NCBI GenBank assembly: GCA_036172245.1
Contig: JAYWIR010000081.1
Span: forward strand, 310,001-339,431
Direction: 5' to 3'
DNA: 29,431 bases
DNA from: Raillietiella orientalis
Taxonomy: Eukaryota
Shown here: positions 9,395-23,613 of the stretch, piece by piece
Layout of the letters: every line of letters begins with the position of its first letter
Position numbering within the stretch: the first letter of the stretch is position 1
Notes under the pieces: model-generated
What the model was told of the DNA's origin: nothing
The model's database searches: none
What the model saw: only the letters and a program-made list of their open reading frames with translations
Translations under genes and position numbers: made by a program

Positions 9395-12300
9395 GGCGCA
9401 AGGAAATAAGAAGTAGGTTGATGGTTGGAAAATAACAGTTTCTAAATTGAGCATATCCTGTGATGTAGGGAGATAATTTCCTTTTTAATAAACTTTCTTT
9501 CTTTCTTTTCTTTTTTTCTTTCTTTCTTTCTTTTGTTTTCATTATAATATACACTGCAATGACAACTTTGCATAATAAGTAGTTGTGTTATGGTCTCTGC
9601 ATATGCTGCTCTAAAGCTGCATATCTATAAGGGATTTCATCAATAGCGTGAATCGAAATATGAAATTACAAAACCGAACAATCAAGTGTAGTTTCGAGAG
9701 TAATATCACAGTTGAAAGCCTAAAACGAACTGGAAGGCGGAGTTGGTCCATTCCTTGCTCTATCGTGAAGATGTGAAAACGCTCTAGTAGATCTTGGCGA
9801 AAGGAAATTTTTGGTGTAAGACTGATTAACCATTGTCTACTGGGTTGGTTATTGCGTATGCCAAGAATCGACATCTCCAAACGAAAATAATTTGCAAAGA
9901 GCAAACAGCGTAATTTTCTGAGGTTCCTTTCATTGTTGTGAGATTCTGGGAATTGCAAGTACAAGTGAAAAATACTAAGATGCAGTCGGTCTTCGGTAGC
10001 AGTCACATACAGTCAAGAGCTTGTAGCGTGTGTTGTGTTCAGATGGATGTACACGAATGTAGAGTTCATCGTAACAAAAAGATATAGATTTTTCAGGCGA
10101 AAGGATTGGAACTCTGCAATATTTTCCGATGGAGTCCAAAACATAATACGCATTCAAAATTGTGTCCTTGAAAATGTGTACAGTTGTACACTGAGGTTAT
10201 CTATACTGCTATTTCTGCTGCATGAACATGATAGCCATGCAACTTTGAATTCAACGCTTTTGTTTATACAAGCTCAAAGAACTAAAATTGTAACGAATTT
10301 TTAATAAATATTGTAACGAAATATTGTAACGAATTTTTAATTTTTAATAATTAAAAAACATTACTCTAGCGAACAAAAATTTCCAACTTCATCAACTACC
10401 AATAAATGTATAACGCAGGCTCATATGATCACCGAACTTCTAGCACTTCGTATACCTAAAAGAGGCATACCATTTTGTCTGATCTGTTCAGATACCGCAT
10501 TTATATCTACTCGTTTTCTCACCATTCTCGCAATCTTTTTGCAATAATTCTTAAACTCACACCTTAATTTCGCAAAAATACTTCAACTTCCTTCGAATGT
10601 TGATTAGAACCAATAAAAAATCCACGCTGTCCGATTCGTCCATCCCACGTAATTTTTCCAGTCATGTTTTCCATTTTGTACAACGAATTAGCCATTAACC
10701 TTTTTTCCACAACTACAACCTTCTCTTTTTTCCGCCTCATCCATTGCATTCAGATCATAAAGTCTGATGTTATTTTCTGGTTTCAAATCTAAACTTCCTA
10801 CCCGATCCATCTCATGAATACTCACATTCAATTGGCAAGACGCTGTTACTTTCGAGGAAACATCCATTGCGTGTCTAATGATTACAACATTGCCATTGAT
10901 ATGAATCAGCATTATATTATAAGTTTTACTCCAAGCCGATTGCGAAGCGATTCAACTTTACTTTATAAACTCACATAATCATTCACATAAAACATAAATC
11001 ATGAATATACCGCTATCGATTTCTAATGCTTCCCTGTCAACAAAGCCATTCGACGTTTGCAAACTCTCCTCACTGGGACATCAACCTCAACTATGATATC
11101 CACGTTATCAACCCATCCATACATCAATAAGGAATTTTGATTTCATAGAAAATCGTTTACAAGCATCATTCATCTGGAGCAAAGCATAACAAAATCAGTT
11201 ATCAGATATTTAACTCAATTAGAAATATTAACAATATTCTTCTTGACAATCGTTTCACTTACCACTACATACCATACCCGCACACATTTCTTTCACCCTT
11301 TATCTACCATCTCGCAACCACACCAACACGCAGAAACCAATTCGCTTTTAGGAACCCAGTCATCAATTTCTAACCCATAATTATGGTTATCACACCTACT
11401 CATCTTACAAACACTTCTAGAACACCTGCAAGGAATAAGAAAATAATTAGGCCTCCTATTCCTGAATATTTAATCGAAAAAAAAAAACCAATTCCTTAAC
11501 CTGTTCAACTTTTTATCCACCTTCTTGCACTGCTTACATATTGGTCCCTATGAATGGAACATAATTTATGATTCAACGAAGCACCCCCGAATATTCCAGT
11601 TGCTGCCACTATGAGTGCACCTAAAATCCGATACCCATAAACAACTGTTACTACAGCGGGAAACAAAAACCTCCACTTTACTACAACTTCCTATGTATAC
11701 TACACCATTCATGCCAATAAATAAACCTTTCAATAAGAAACTCCAAAGAAAGAAACGTCCACTTAGCCCATAAGTTTGAAATTCTAAATTTCACACAAAA
11801 CCACATTCACTCTTCGACTCATCCTTGAAATTCTATATCCAATACATAGCAATCATAGCTCCATAATTTCAACAAGAGTTTGCATAGAGAAATAGCTGAA
11901 CATTAAGAAATACTACCTAATCTAATAAGAAATAATACTTAATGAACAAGAACATTCTTTTCAGAAAATAAATTTTTTACATCAAAGGTGACATCTTACT
12001 GTCAATGAATTTCCAATTATCCAACATAACTGAAAAAGAAATAATCATTGCATGCCTTATCCACAATACTCTACTTTTACCTAAAAAAAACAATTTAAAT
12101 CATTCCAATACTCCTAAGCTTATCATTGACAATTTTATTCATAATGAATTTCTTTCTACAACAAATCAGAAAATTCCAATCCCAACCATCACTTTCACCA
12201 ACACCACAACATATATCGAAACAGAGAAAAGTTGCCAAGGTACCACCTATCGTTATTCCCTATAAACGATATGGGCATCAACACAAAAACATCATGATAC

Positions 12301-12897
12301 TAACTATTCCAGCTAAAACACACATGACAGAAACACAAAATATTTCCATTCTTCATGTGTAATTTATATCCACTGTTCTCATTCAATCCCTCAACATTAC
12401 CTGTGAATATGGATTATAACAGCTAAATCCACTACAACAAACTTCACCACATTTTCTATTTGTATGTATATTGTAATTACACCGAATAACTCTAGTTTTA
12501 TAGAAGACATATAACCGAAAACTAAAATCATCATTTATGGTTGCATTCCACTACAGCTCAGTCGTATTCCAACCCTCAAATATATCGACCACTTCCCAAC
12601 ATTCGAAAGATTTAACATCTAAAAAATAGTATATCAGACGATTTATAACCATGAGCTACCATCATCAAAACACACCCTATCGTACCCTCATCACCATCCT
12701 ATATTCTTCCTAGTATTATAGCTCCCATATGACACATTGATGATTTAGACATGCTCCTTCTGCAATCCACTTGTTGACAAAATATCAACCCATTTCCTAC
12801 AACATTCGAAAGACCGACGCTTATCGAAAATAACCTATCAGTATAATACTAATCCTTCCCCAAAAAACACATTATTCCGCAGCGAAGAAAGTCCGCC

Positions 12898-13546
12898 GCG
12901 CTGATCCCGCCCGAAAGATCGCAGATCAGCGCGACGGGCGATCTCCGCGGCGCTGATCCCGGTCCCGAATCTGAGATCAGCGCGAAGGCAGTAGTCCGCC
13001 GCGCTGATCCCGGTCCCGCATCGGAGATCAGGGCGATGGCGGCAGTCCGCAGCGCTGATCCGTCGCGCCCCGCGGAGATCAGCGCGACGGGCTAGAGTGC
13101 GCCGCGATGATCCTTCCTTTAAGGCCGAGATCAGCGCGTCGGCGGGTGTCCCCCGCGCTGATACTTCCCTCGAGGCCGAGATCAGCGCGACGGGCGATCT
13201 TCGCGGCGCTGATCCCGCTCTCGCATCGGAGATCAGCGCATCGGCAGGATTCCGCCGCGCTGATCCTTCCCTCCAGGCCCAGATCAGCGCGACGGCGGGA
13301 GGCTGCCGCGCTGATCCCTTTCTCCACCCCGAGATCAGCGCGACGGCGGGAGTCCGCCGCGCTGATCCCTTTCTCCACCCCGAGATCAGCGCGACGGCGG
13401 CAGTACGACGCGTTGATCCCTCCCTCCAGCAAGGTCTGGATGCCGTCTTTCCTCGCGAGATGGAGCCACCCAAGGCCTGCGCGGCGCTGATCCCTCCGCT
13501 GCAACTCAGAAATCAGCGCCACGCGGGGCATTCCTTCGCGCTGATC
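12898..13546. repeat. Array B, copy 2
   Basis: Same grammar; CCTTTCTCCACCCCGA unit duplicated and distal units deleted relative to copy 1. Confidence 0.96.
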
Positions 13547-15421
13547 GCGTTGCACGCATCTGACAACCTCCGGGTGACGCCGGAAGGCTTCCCCCGAGGT
13601 TCCGCAGGAACCAAATGCCTTCCGCGAGACACGCAACCTTCTCCTTGTACTCACGGGGGGGTTGGCGACGGCCTTCCGGGGGGATACGCTTCACCTCCTC
13701 CACCCGAACGAGCTCCCGGTCTGCGGGGCCTCAATTCCTGCTCCGCCTCCGCCTCGATCCCTCACCACGCGTCGCTCCAAGGCGGGAGGGCGGGCGGCCG
13801 GGCGGGATGGAGGAGGAGGTTCCAGGCGAGAGATTCGAGCGAAGCGGGACGCCCTTCCCCCTCGTAAGAGGAGATTTCGCGTTTCCGCGACCTGAGTCAG
13901 TTAAAGGCAGTTAATACAAAATAAGCAAATGATAGTGTAGTACCCAAATTAAATATTCTCGTATACAGTTTAGGGCTCTCTCACACATTGCTTCCTACGC
14001 ATTCCCACTATCAATACTTAGACTCCCCTTATAGTTCCTTTCACCTCATTCTCGTATACTTCATTTGATTCTTTCACAAAAGGTAATGTATTTATTATCC
14101 TAATGCTGTTCCTCTGTATTCTTTTCAGTACCTTTCGCTTTTCTGAAAAAAAAAAATTAAGTTTCTTTGAATTTCAAACGATAGATTACAGAATTAGATA
14201 GTCACAACTGCTGCTATACCCATGATGTCGCGACTTATCGAACTTCACAAGAAAGCAACCCGCGATTTGTATTCAAACTTTATTTCGTTCAATTTTCCAT
14301 TCTCTAATACTTGTGCAATAGAATTTATTTTCCATTTCAAATTGCTGATATTGAAATTGCTGATAATTGCTGATATTGAAATTTCTGATAATTGCTGATA
14401 TAATGTAATTGCTGATATACATTCCACTTAATACATTGTAGGTAACACATTATTCTTTTTTATGGTGCAACTTTGAATTTCTATGGATTAGGAACATTAA
14501 GTACTTTTTAATAAAGGAATCTACGAGATGCAAACATTCAAAAACACATTTTTTCGTGGATGATAATTTATGAAGCAAACTTCCCTAACAACATTCATTA
14601 GCACCGATTCGTACAAGCCTTAAATTACTAGCCCAAAGCTTTTTTCCTCAAAAGTACATAGCAAACATTGCTTTTTGAATACCAAACCAGAAGCCTGCAT
14701 TCCAAGTTGATATAACATATATACTACTAGCTCATGTACCACTAGAGTTTCAAACTGCATAATAATAATTTTTGATAATCGCCAATTCAAAGTGTTTTTC
14801 CACGTAAAATGCAATACTGTATAGGCAATTCAAAGATTCATATATACCTAATTATTGTGATATAAACCAGCTTCCAACTAAAAATCATTAAGAAGAACTT
14901 TCGGCGCAGTACCATCCCAAATTTATTACAAATATCTATGGAATACCAAAATTTATTTAAAAAAGTTTTCTCTTTTCATCCTTAGAAAATATTTCTTCAA
15001 GTATACCTTTTGATTAAAGAGAAAATTTTCTTCATAGTTTCTTTTTATTTCTACAATTTTACAAGCTTCTTTCACTATATACATTCAAAGTAATATACCA
15101 TAGACTGAAAATAAATAAATGTTATAACTATCAATTTGGATTGAATATAAATGATGATGTATCCGAATTCCGCTTTCTAGATTTAATATTGATATTGCAT
15201 TTAAAATCAGGTATAAAACTCTTCTTTCATTAAAGCAAATTATTGAGGTATGTCAATGTTTGTTTGTTTCATAATATAATCTGCATCCTCGTATATATGC
15301 ATATATATAGAAATACATTCATATATATGCATATCCGAAACGACGAACCTTTATCAGCGGGAACGACGCATTCTGCTGCGCGACTCTTCAGATTCGACCA
15401 CGTATCAACGTGACAATCGTA

Positions 15422-15878
15422 GCGCTGATTGCGGATTAGCGCCGCTATCCAGGTCGGCCGCGCTGATCTGCAAGTGAAGCGACGGATCAGCGTCGCGAAC
15501 GACGACTACCACGCTGATCTCGGATTCGCTGGCGGGATCAGCGTTGCGACCGCCGACCGTCGCGCGGATCTCCGAATCTCGGGCGAGATCAGCGCAGCGG
15601 ATGCCTACCGCCGCGCTGATCCAGCAAACCTCGGACTGATCAGCGCCGCGACCGCCGACCGACGCGCTGATCTTGGATTCTTGGGCGAGATCAGCGCCGC
15701 GACCGCGGTCGGCAGCGCTGATCTGCAAGGGAAGCGGCGGATCAGCGCTGCGAACAGCCACTGGGCGCTGAACTTGGTAAGCCGAGCGGCATCAGCGCCG
15801 CGGATGACGAACGCCCCGCAGATCCATGGCACTACGGACGGATCAGCGCCGCGAACGGCGACCGTCGCGCTCATCTAG
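15422..15878. repeat. Array A, copy 2
   Basis: Same motifs and spacers; a single CAGCAAACCTCGGAC unit. Confidence 0.96.
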
Positions 15879-16030
15879 GATTAAAAAATGTAATCAGAAA
15901 GAGCATCCTCTTAGAAAGCTTTGACCTTAAACCACCAAGCTTTATGCGCAGCTGCACTCCTAATGGCGCTCAGAAGTGAAAGGATTATAGGGAGAATAGC
16001 AGAGAAAATCAAAAGCATTACGTAAGATAC

Positions 16031-17062
16031 ATGAAGATGGCTACCTTACGTGTGCCCTCTTGCTCATTCGGAACACAAACCACTCCTTTAAGTTCTTGTA
16101 CTCATTCAGGCGTTGTGTGCAAGAAATGTTTTCTCATTCGAATATTCGAAGAAACGAATCCGTCTCTTTGCCGCACATGTCCACCCAAGAAACGATGCCA
16201 GTAGCAGCTAGGCAGTTAATCCCAAATATTTGATGTCCTGCATATAATCCATTCCATTCAAGAGATCACACAATCAAGACAAGAAAGATCCTTCCGGTAA
16301 GAAAGCATTGATTTGTCTTGTGACTTCAACGCAATAGGATGACACACCATTCATTTGTTTACGCAATTACGAGTTTACACTCAGGTGTTAACAAAAATGT
16401 GCGATTCTTTCTCTGCATTAATGTACTTTGATCGATATAATTGTCTCTGGTCGTGCCGAGAAGCTGTCAGAATTCTTATTTATAGACTCATCCGTACAAG
16501 AGAGAAGCATGCCTCAAGGTACTATCCAACTTTGCGGTAGTGCTGTGTGTCGCTGTCAATAGAAGAGGATATAGAAAAGTATAAAAGGGCTCATTTCAAG
16601 GTGGTTATTGTTTCAAAGTGTGAATGTTACGATGATGCTTTGAACTTCGGTAGGATTAACGTCTGAAGTGATTACGGAAAAGTTTTCCTTCTTAATCGCC
16701 AGGGAATAGCACTTAGCAGGAAAGAAAGCCAGAATTCGAAAGTAGTCTACTCATTTATCCGATTTATCAGAGTTTCATTCAACGATAATGTAATTGAAAT
16801 CCTGGAAAATTGACGAGTCGAAAAAAATTAATTATACGTGTTCTAAAGTATAACTGCTTTCGATTGCGCAATGACATTTCGAAAAATTCACTTTTGTTAG
16901 TATGAATCGGCAAAAAAGCAGCTAATTTCTTATTTTTGTTACAAAGGCGAATGTCCTCTTGAGGCATTGCGGATTTCGAGGAAGTCATTATCGCGAAGTA
17001 GCACGAATATGCTTTTCATTTTAGACAGACTCTGCAAAGGAAACGTAACTAATGAATGTTGA
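16031..17062 (+). pseudogene. ORF1, copy 3: 343-codon unshifted frame with 10 internal stop triplets and an intact C-x-H-x4-C-x2-C-x13-C-x2-C motif
   Basis: Read by hand in one frame from ATG 16031 to TGA 17060; it includes supplied ORF 16355..16540 and several stop-free runs of 40-65 codons. Confidence 0.5.
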
Positions 17063-20000
17063 GGCGCAAGGAAATAAGATGTAGGTTGATGGTTAGAAAA
17101 TAACAGTTTCTAAATTGAGCATATCCTGTGATGTAGGGAGATAATTTCCTTTTTAATAAACTTTGTTTCTTTCTTTAATTTTTTTCTTTTTTTCTTTCTT
17201 TTCTTTTCATTATAATATACACTGCAATGACAACTTTGCATAATAAGTAGTTGTGTTATGGTCTCTGCATATGCTGCTCTAAAGCTGCATATCTATAAGG
17301 GATTTCATCAATAGCGTGAATCGAAATATGAAATTACAAAAGCGAACGTCAAGTGTAGTTTCGAGAGTAATATCACAGTTGAAAGCCTTCATTCATTCGA
17401 GAAAATGAATCCCATTCCTTCTCTGTCCCCTAACTATTCCACTTTAATAGATATTTTGTATAAAAATTTTAGTGTCAGACTGATGTATAAAGTTATCTAC
17501 TAGTTTATTGTTGTGTACAAATGGTATCTCCAAACGAAAATAATTTGGCTACAACAGCAATTTTCTCAGTTCACTGTTGTTATATCATAAGTCGCTTTGG
17601 GGGGCAGGCACTTTCACAACTTTGCTCGTTAAACAAGCGGACGTAACTTGATGACTCCCTGTATATGTTGTTGATGAATGCTCCATTCATTTCATCGTAA
17701 CAAAAAGATATAGATTTTTCAGGCGAAAGGATTGGAACTCTGCAATATTTTCCGATGGAGTCCAAAACATAATACGCATTCAAAATTGTGTCCTTGAAAA
17801 TGTGTACAGTTGTACACTGAGGTTATCTATACTGCTATTTCTGCTGCATGAACATGATAGCCATGCAACTTTGAATTCAACGCTTTTGTTTATACAAGCT
17901 CAAAGAACTAAAATTGTAACGAAAATAAAAACATTACTCTAGCAAACAAAAATTTCCAACTTCATCAACTACCAATAAATGTATAACTCAGGCTCATATG
18001 ATCACCGAACTTCTAGCACTTCGTATACCTAAACAGAGGCATACCATTTTGTCTCATCTGTTCAGATACCGCATTTATATCTACTCGTTTTCTCACCATT
18101 CTCGCAATCTTTTTGCAATAATTCTTAAAATCACACCTTAATTTCGCTAAAATACTTCAACTTCCTTTGAATGTTGATTAGAACCAATAAAAAATGCACG
18201 CTGTCCGATTCGTCCATCCCACGTAATTTTTCCAGTCATGTTTTCCATTTTGGACAACGAATTAGCCATTAACCTTTTTTCCACAACTACAACCTTTTTT
18301 TTTTTCCGCCTCATCCATTGCATTCAGATCATAAAGTCTGATGTTATTTTCTGGTTCCAAATCTAAACTTCCTACCCGATCCATCTCATGAATACTCACA
18401 TTCAATTGGCAAGACGCTGTTACTTTCGAGGAAACATCCATTGCGTGTCTAATGATTACAACATTGCCATTGATATGAATCAGCATTATATTATAAGTTT
18501 TACTCCAAGCCGATTGCGAAGCGATTCAACTTTACTTTATAAACTCACATAATCATTCACATAAAACATAAATCATGAATATACCGCTATCGATTTCTAA
18601 TGTTTCCCTGTCAACAAAGCCATTCGACGTTTCCAAACTCTCCTCACTGGAACATCAAACTCAACTATGATATCCACGTTATCAACCCATCCATACATCA
18701 ACAAGGAATTTTGATTTCATAGAAAATCCTTTACAAGCATCATTCATCTGGAGCAAAGCATAACAAAATCAGTCATCAGATATTTAACTCAATTAGAAAC
18801 ATTAACAATATTCTTCTTGACAATCGTTCCACTTACCACTACATACCATACCCGTACACATTTCTTTCACCCTTTATCTACCATCTAGCAACCACACCAA
18901 CACGCAGAAACCAATTCGCTTTTAGGAACCCTGCCATCAATTTCTAACCCATAATTATGATTATCACACCTACTCATCTTACAAACACTTCTAGAACACC
19001 TGCAAGGAATAAGAAAATAATTAGGCCTCCTATTCCTGAATATTTAATCGAAAAAAAAAAACCAATTCCTTAACCTGTTCAACTTTTTATCCACCTTCTT
19101 GCACTGCTTACATATTGGTCCCTATTAATGGAAGATAATTTATGATTCAACGAAGCACCCCCGAATATTCCAGTGTCTGCCACTATGAGTGCACCTAAAA
19201 TCCGATACCCACAAACAACTGTTACTACAGCGGGAAACAAAAACCTCCACTTTACTACAACTTCCCATGTATACTACACCATTCATGCCAATAAATAAAC
19301 CTTTCAATAAGAAACTCCAGAGAAAGAAACGTCCACTTAGCGCATAAGTTTGAAATTCTAAATTTCACACAAAACCACATTCACTCTTCGACTCATCCTT
19401 GAAATTCTATATCCAATACATAGCAATCATAGCTCCATAATTTCAACAAGAGTTTGCATAGAGAAATAGCTGAACATTAAGAAATACTACCTAATCTAAT
19501 AAGAAATAATACGTAATGAACAAGAACATTCTTTTCAGAAAATAAATTTTTTACATCAAACGTGACATGTTACTGTCAATGAATTTCCAATTATCCAACA
19601 TAACTGAAAAAGAAATAATCATTGCATGCCTTATCCACAATACTCCACTTTTACGTAAAAAAAACAATTTAAATCATTCCAATACTCCTAAGCTTATCAT
19701 TGACAATTTTATTCATAATGAATTTCTTTCTACAACAAATCAGAAAATTCCAATCCCAACCATCACTTTCACCAACACCACAACATATATCGAAACAGAG
19801 AAAAGTTGCCAAGGTACCACCTATCGTTATTCCCTATAAACAATATGGGCATCAACACAAAAACATCATGACACTAACTATTCCAGCTAAAACACACATG
19901 ACAGAAACACAAAAATTTTCCATTCTTCATGTGTAATTTATATCCACTGTTCTCATTCAATCCCTCAACATAACCTGTGAATATGGATTATAACAGCTAA

Positions 20001-20473
20001 ATCCACTACAACAAACTTCACCACATTTTCTATTTGTATGTATATTGTAATTACACCGAATAACTCTAGTTTTATAGAAGACATATAACCGAAAACTAAA
20101 ATCATCATTTATGGTTGCATTCCACTACAGCTCAGTCGTATTCCAACCCTCAAATATATCGACCACTTCCCAACATTCGAAAGATTTAACATCTAAAAAA
20201 TAGTATATCAGACGATTTATAACCATGAGAGCTACCATCATCAAAACACACCCTATCGTACCCTCATCACCATCCTATATTCTTCCTCCTATTACAGCTC
20301 CCATATGACACATTGATGATTTAGACATGCTCCTTCTGCAATCCACTTGTTGACAAAATATCAACCCATTTCCTACAACATTCGAAAGACCCACGCTTAT
20401 CGAAAATAACCTATCAGTTTAATACTAATCCTTCCCCAAAAAACACATAATTCCGCAGCGAAGAAAGTCCGCC

Positions 20474-21149
20474 GCGCTGATCCCGCCCGAAAGATCGCAG
20501 ATCATCGCGACGGGCGATCTCCGCGGCGCTGATCCCGGTCCCGAATCCGAGATCAGCGCGAAGGCAGTAGTCCGCCGCGCTGATCCCGGTCCCGCATCGG
20601 AGATCAGGGCGATGGCGGCAGTCCGCAGCGCTGATCCGTCGCGCCCCGCGGAGATCAGCGCGACGGGCTAGAGTGCGCCGCGCTGATCCTTCCTTCCAGG
20701 CCGAGATCAGCGCGTCGGCGGGTGTCCCCCGCGCTGATACTTCCCTCGAGGCCGAGATCAGCGCGACGGGCGATCTTCGCGGCGCTGATCCCGCTCTCGC
20801 ATCGGAGATCAGCGCATCGGCAGGATTCCGCCGCGCTGATCCTTCCCTCGAGGCCCAGATCAGCGCGACGTCGGGAGTCCGCCGCGCTGATCCCTTTCTC
20901 CATCCCGAGATCAGCGCGACGGCGGGAGTACGACGCGTTGATCGCTCCCTCCACGCGGGGATCAGCCCGACGGGCGACCTCCGACGCGCTGATCCCTCCC
21001 TCCAAGCGGGGATCAGCGCGGCAGGTGCTTTCTCCGGCCTGGATGCCGTCTTTCCTCGCGAGATGGGAGCCACCCAAGGCGTGCGTAGCGCTGATCCCTC
21101 GCTGCAACTCGGAAATCAGCGCCGCGCGGGGCATTCCTTCGCGCTGATC
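20474..21149. repeat. Array B, copy 3
   Basis: Same grammar; 51 bp shorter than copies 1 and 4. Confidence 0.96.
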
Positions 21150-22953
21150 GCGTTGCACGCGTCCCTGACAGCCTCCGGGTGACGCCGGAAGGCTTCCCCG
21201 AGGTTCCGCAGGAACCAAATGCCTTCCGCGAGACACTCAACCTTCTCCTTGTACTCACGGGGGGATTGGCGACGGCCTTCCGGGGGTATACGCTTCACCT
21301 GCTCCCCCAGACCGAGCTCCCGAGTTGCGGGGCCTCTCTTACTGCTCCGCCTCCGCCTCGATCCCTCACCACGCTTCGCTCCAAGGCGGGATGGCGGGCG
21401 GCCGGGCGGGATGGAGGAGGAGGTCCCAGGCGAGAGATTCGAGGGAAGCGGGACGCAATTCCCCCTCGTAAGAGGAGATTTCGCGTTTCCACGACCTGAG
21501 TCAGTTAAAGGCAGTTAATACAAAATAAGCAAATGATAGTGTAGTACCCAAAATTAATATTCTCGTATAAAGTTTAGGGCTCTCTCACACATTGCTTCCT
21601 ACGCATTCCCACTATCAATACTTAGTCTCCCCTTATAGTTCCTTTCACTTCATTCTCGTATACTTCATTTCATTCTTCACAAAAGGTAATGTATTTATTA
21701 TCCTAATGCTGTTCCTCTGTATTCTTTTCAGTACCTTTCGCTTTTCTGAAAAAAAAAATTAAGTTTCTTTGAATTTAAAACGATGGATTACAGAATTAGA
21801 TAGTCACAACTGCTGCTATACCTATGATGTCGCGACTTATCGAACTTCACAAGATAGCAACCCGCGATTTGTATTCAAACTTTATTTCGTTCAATTTTCC
21901 ATTCTCTAATACTTGTGCAATAGAATTTATTTTCCATTTCAAATTGCTGATATACATTCCACTTAATACATTGTAGGTAACACATTATTCTTTTTTATGG
22001 GGCAACTTTGAATTTCTATGGATTAGGAACATTAAGTACTTTTTAATAAAGGAATCTACGAGATGCAAACATTCAAAAACACATTTTTTCGTGGATGATA
22101 ATTTATGAAGCAAACTTCCCTAACAACATTCATTAGCACCGATTCGTACAAGCCTTCCATTACTAGCCCAAAGCTTTTTTCCTCAAAAGTACATAGCAAA
22201 CATTGCTTTTTGAATACGAAACCAGAAGCCTGCATTCCAAGTTGATATAACATATATACTACTAGCTCATGTACCACTAGAGTTTCAAACTGCATAATAA
22301 TAATTTTTGATAATCGCCAATTCAAAGTGTTTTTCCACGTAAAATGCAATACTGTATAGGCAATTCAAAGATTCATATATACCTAATTATTGTGATATAA
22401 ACCAGCTTCCAACTAAAAATCATTAAGAAGAACTTTCGGCGCAGTACCATCCCTAATTTATTACAAATATCTATGGAATACCAAAATTTATTTAAAAAAG
22501 TTTTCTCTTTTCATCCTAAAATATTTCTTCAAGTATACCTTTTGATTAAAGAGAAAATTTTCCTCATAGTTTCTTTTTATTTCTACAATTTTACAAGCTT
22601 CTTTCACTATATACATTCGAAGTAATATACCATACACTGAAAATAAATAAATGTTATAACTATCAATTTGGATTGAATATAAATGATGATCTATCCGAAT
22701 TCCGCTTTCTAGATTTAATATTGATATTGCATTTAAAATCAGGTATAAAACTCTTCTTTCATTACAGCAAATTATTGAGGTATGTCAATGTTTGTTTGTT
22801 TCATAATATAATCTGCATCCTCGTATATATGCATATATATAGAAATACATTCATATATATGCATATCCGAAACGACGAACCTTTATCAGCGGGAACGACG
22901 CATTCTGCTGCGCGAATCTTCAAATTCGACCACGTATCAATGTGACAATCGTA

Positions 22954-23461
22954 GCGCTGATTGCGGATTAGCGCCGCTATCCAGGTCGGCCGCGCTGATC
23001 TGCAAGTGAAGCGACGGATCAGCGTCGCGAACGACGACCACCACGCTGATCTCGGATTCGCTGGCGGGATCAGCGCTGCGACCGCCGACCGTCGCGCGGA
23101 TCAACGAATCTCGGGCGAGATCAGCGCAGCGGATGCCTACCGCCCCGCTGATCCAGCAAACCTCGGACAGATCAGCGCAGCGGATGCCTACCGCCGCGCT
23201 GATCCAGCAAACCTCGGACTGATCAGCGCCGCGACCGCCGACCGACGCGCTGATCTTGGATTCTTGGGCGAGATCAGCGCCGCGACCGCGGTCGGCAGCG
23301 CTGATCTGGAAGGGAAGCGGCGGATCAGCGCTGCGAACATCCACTGGGCGCTGAACTTGGTAAGCCGAGCGGCATCAGCGCCGCGGATGACGAACGCCCC
23401 GCTGATCCATGGCACTACAGACGGATCAGCGCCGCGAACGGCGACCGTCGCGCTCATCTAG
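22954..23461. repeat. Array A, copy 3
   Basis: Same motifs and spacers; two CAGCAAACCTCGGAC units. Confidence 0.96.
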
Positions 23462-23613
23462 GATTGAAAAAGGTAATCAGAAAGAGCATCCTCTTCGTAA
23501 GCTTTGACCTTAAACCACCAAGCTTGATGCGCAGCTGCACTCCTAATGGCGCTCAGAAGTGAAAGGATTATAGGGAGAATAGCAGAGAAATTCAAAAGAA
23601 TTACGTAAGATAC

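Larger units (their letters stand above)
8217..15878 (+). repeat. Repeat unit copy 2
   Basis: Colinear with copy 1; has several locally garbled patches. Confidence 0.97.
15879..23461 (+). repeat. Repeat unit copy 3
   Basis: Colinear with copy 1 except the divergent block 17389-17690 and contracted micro-repeats. Confidence 0.97.
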
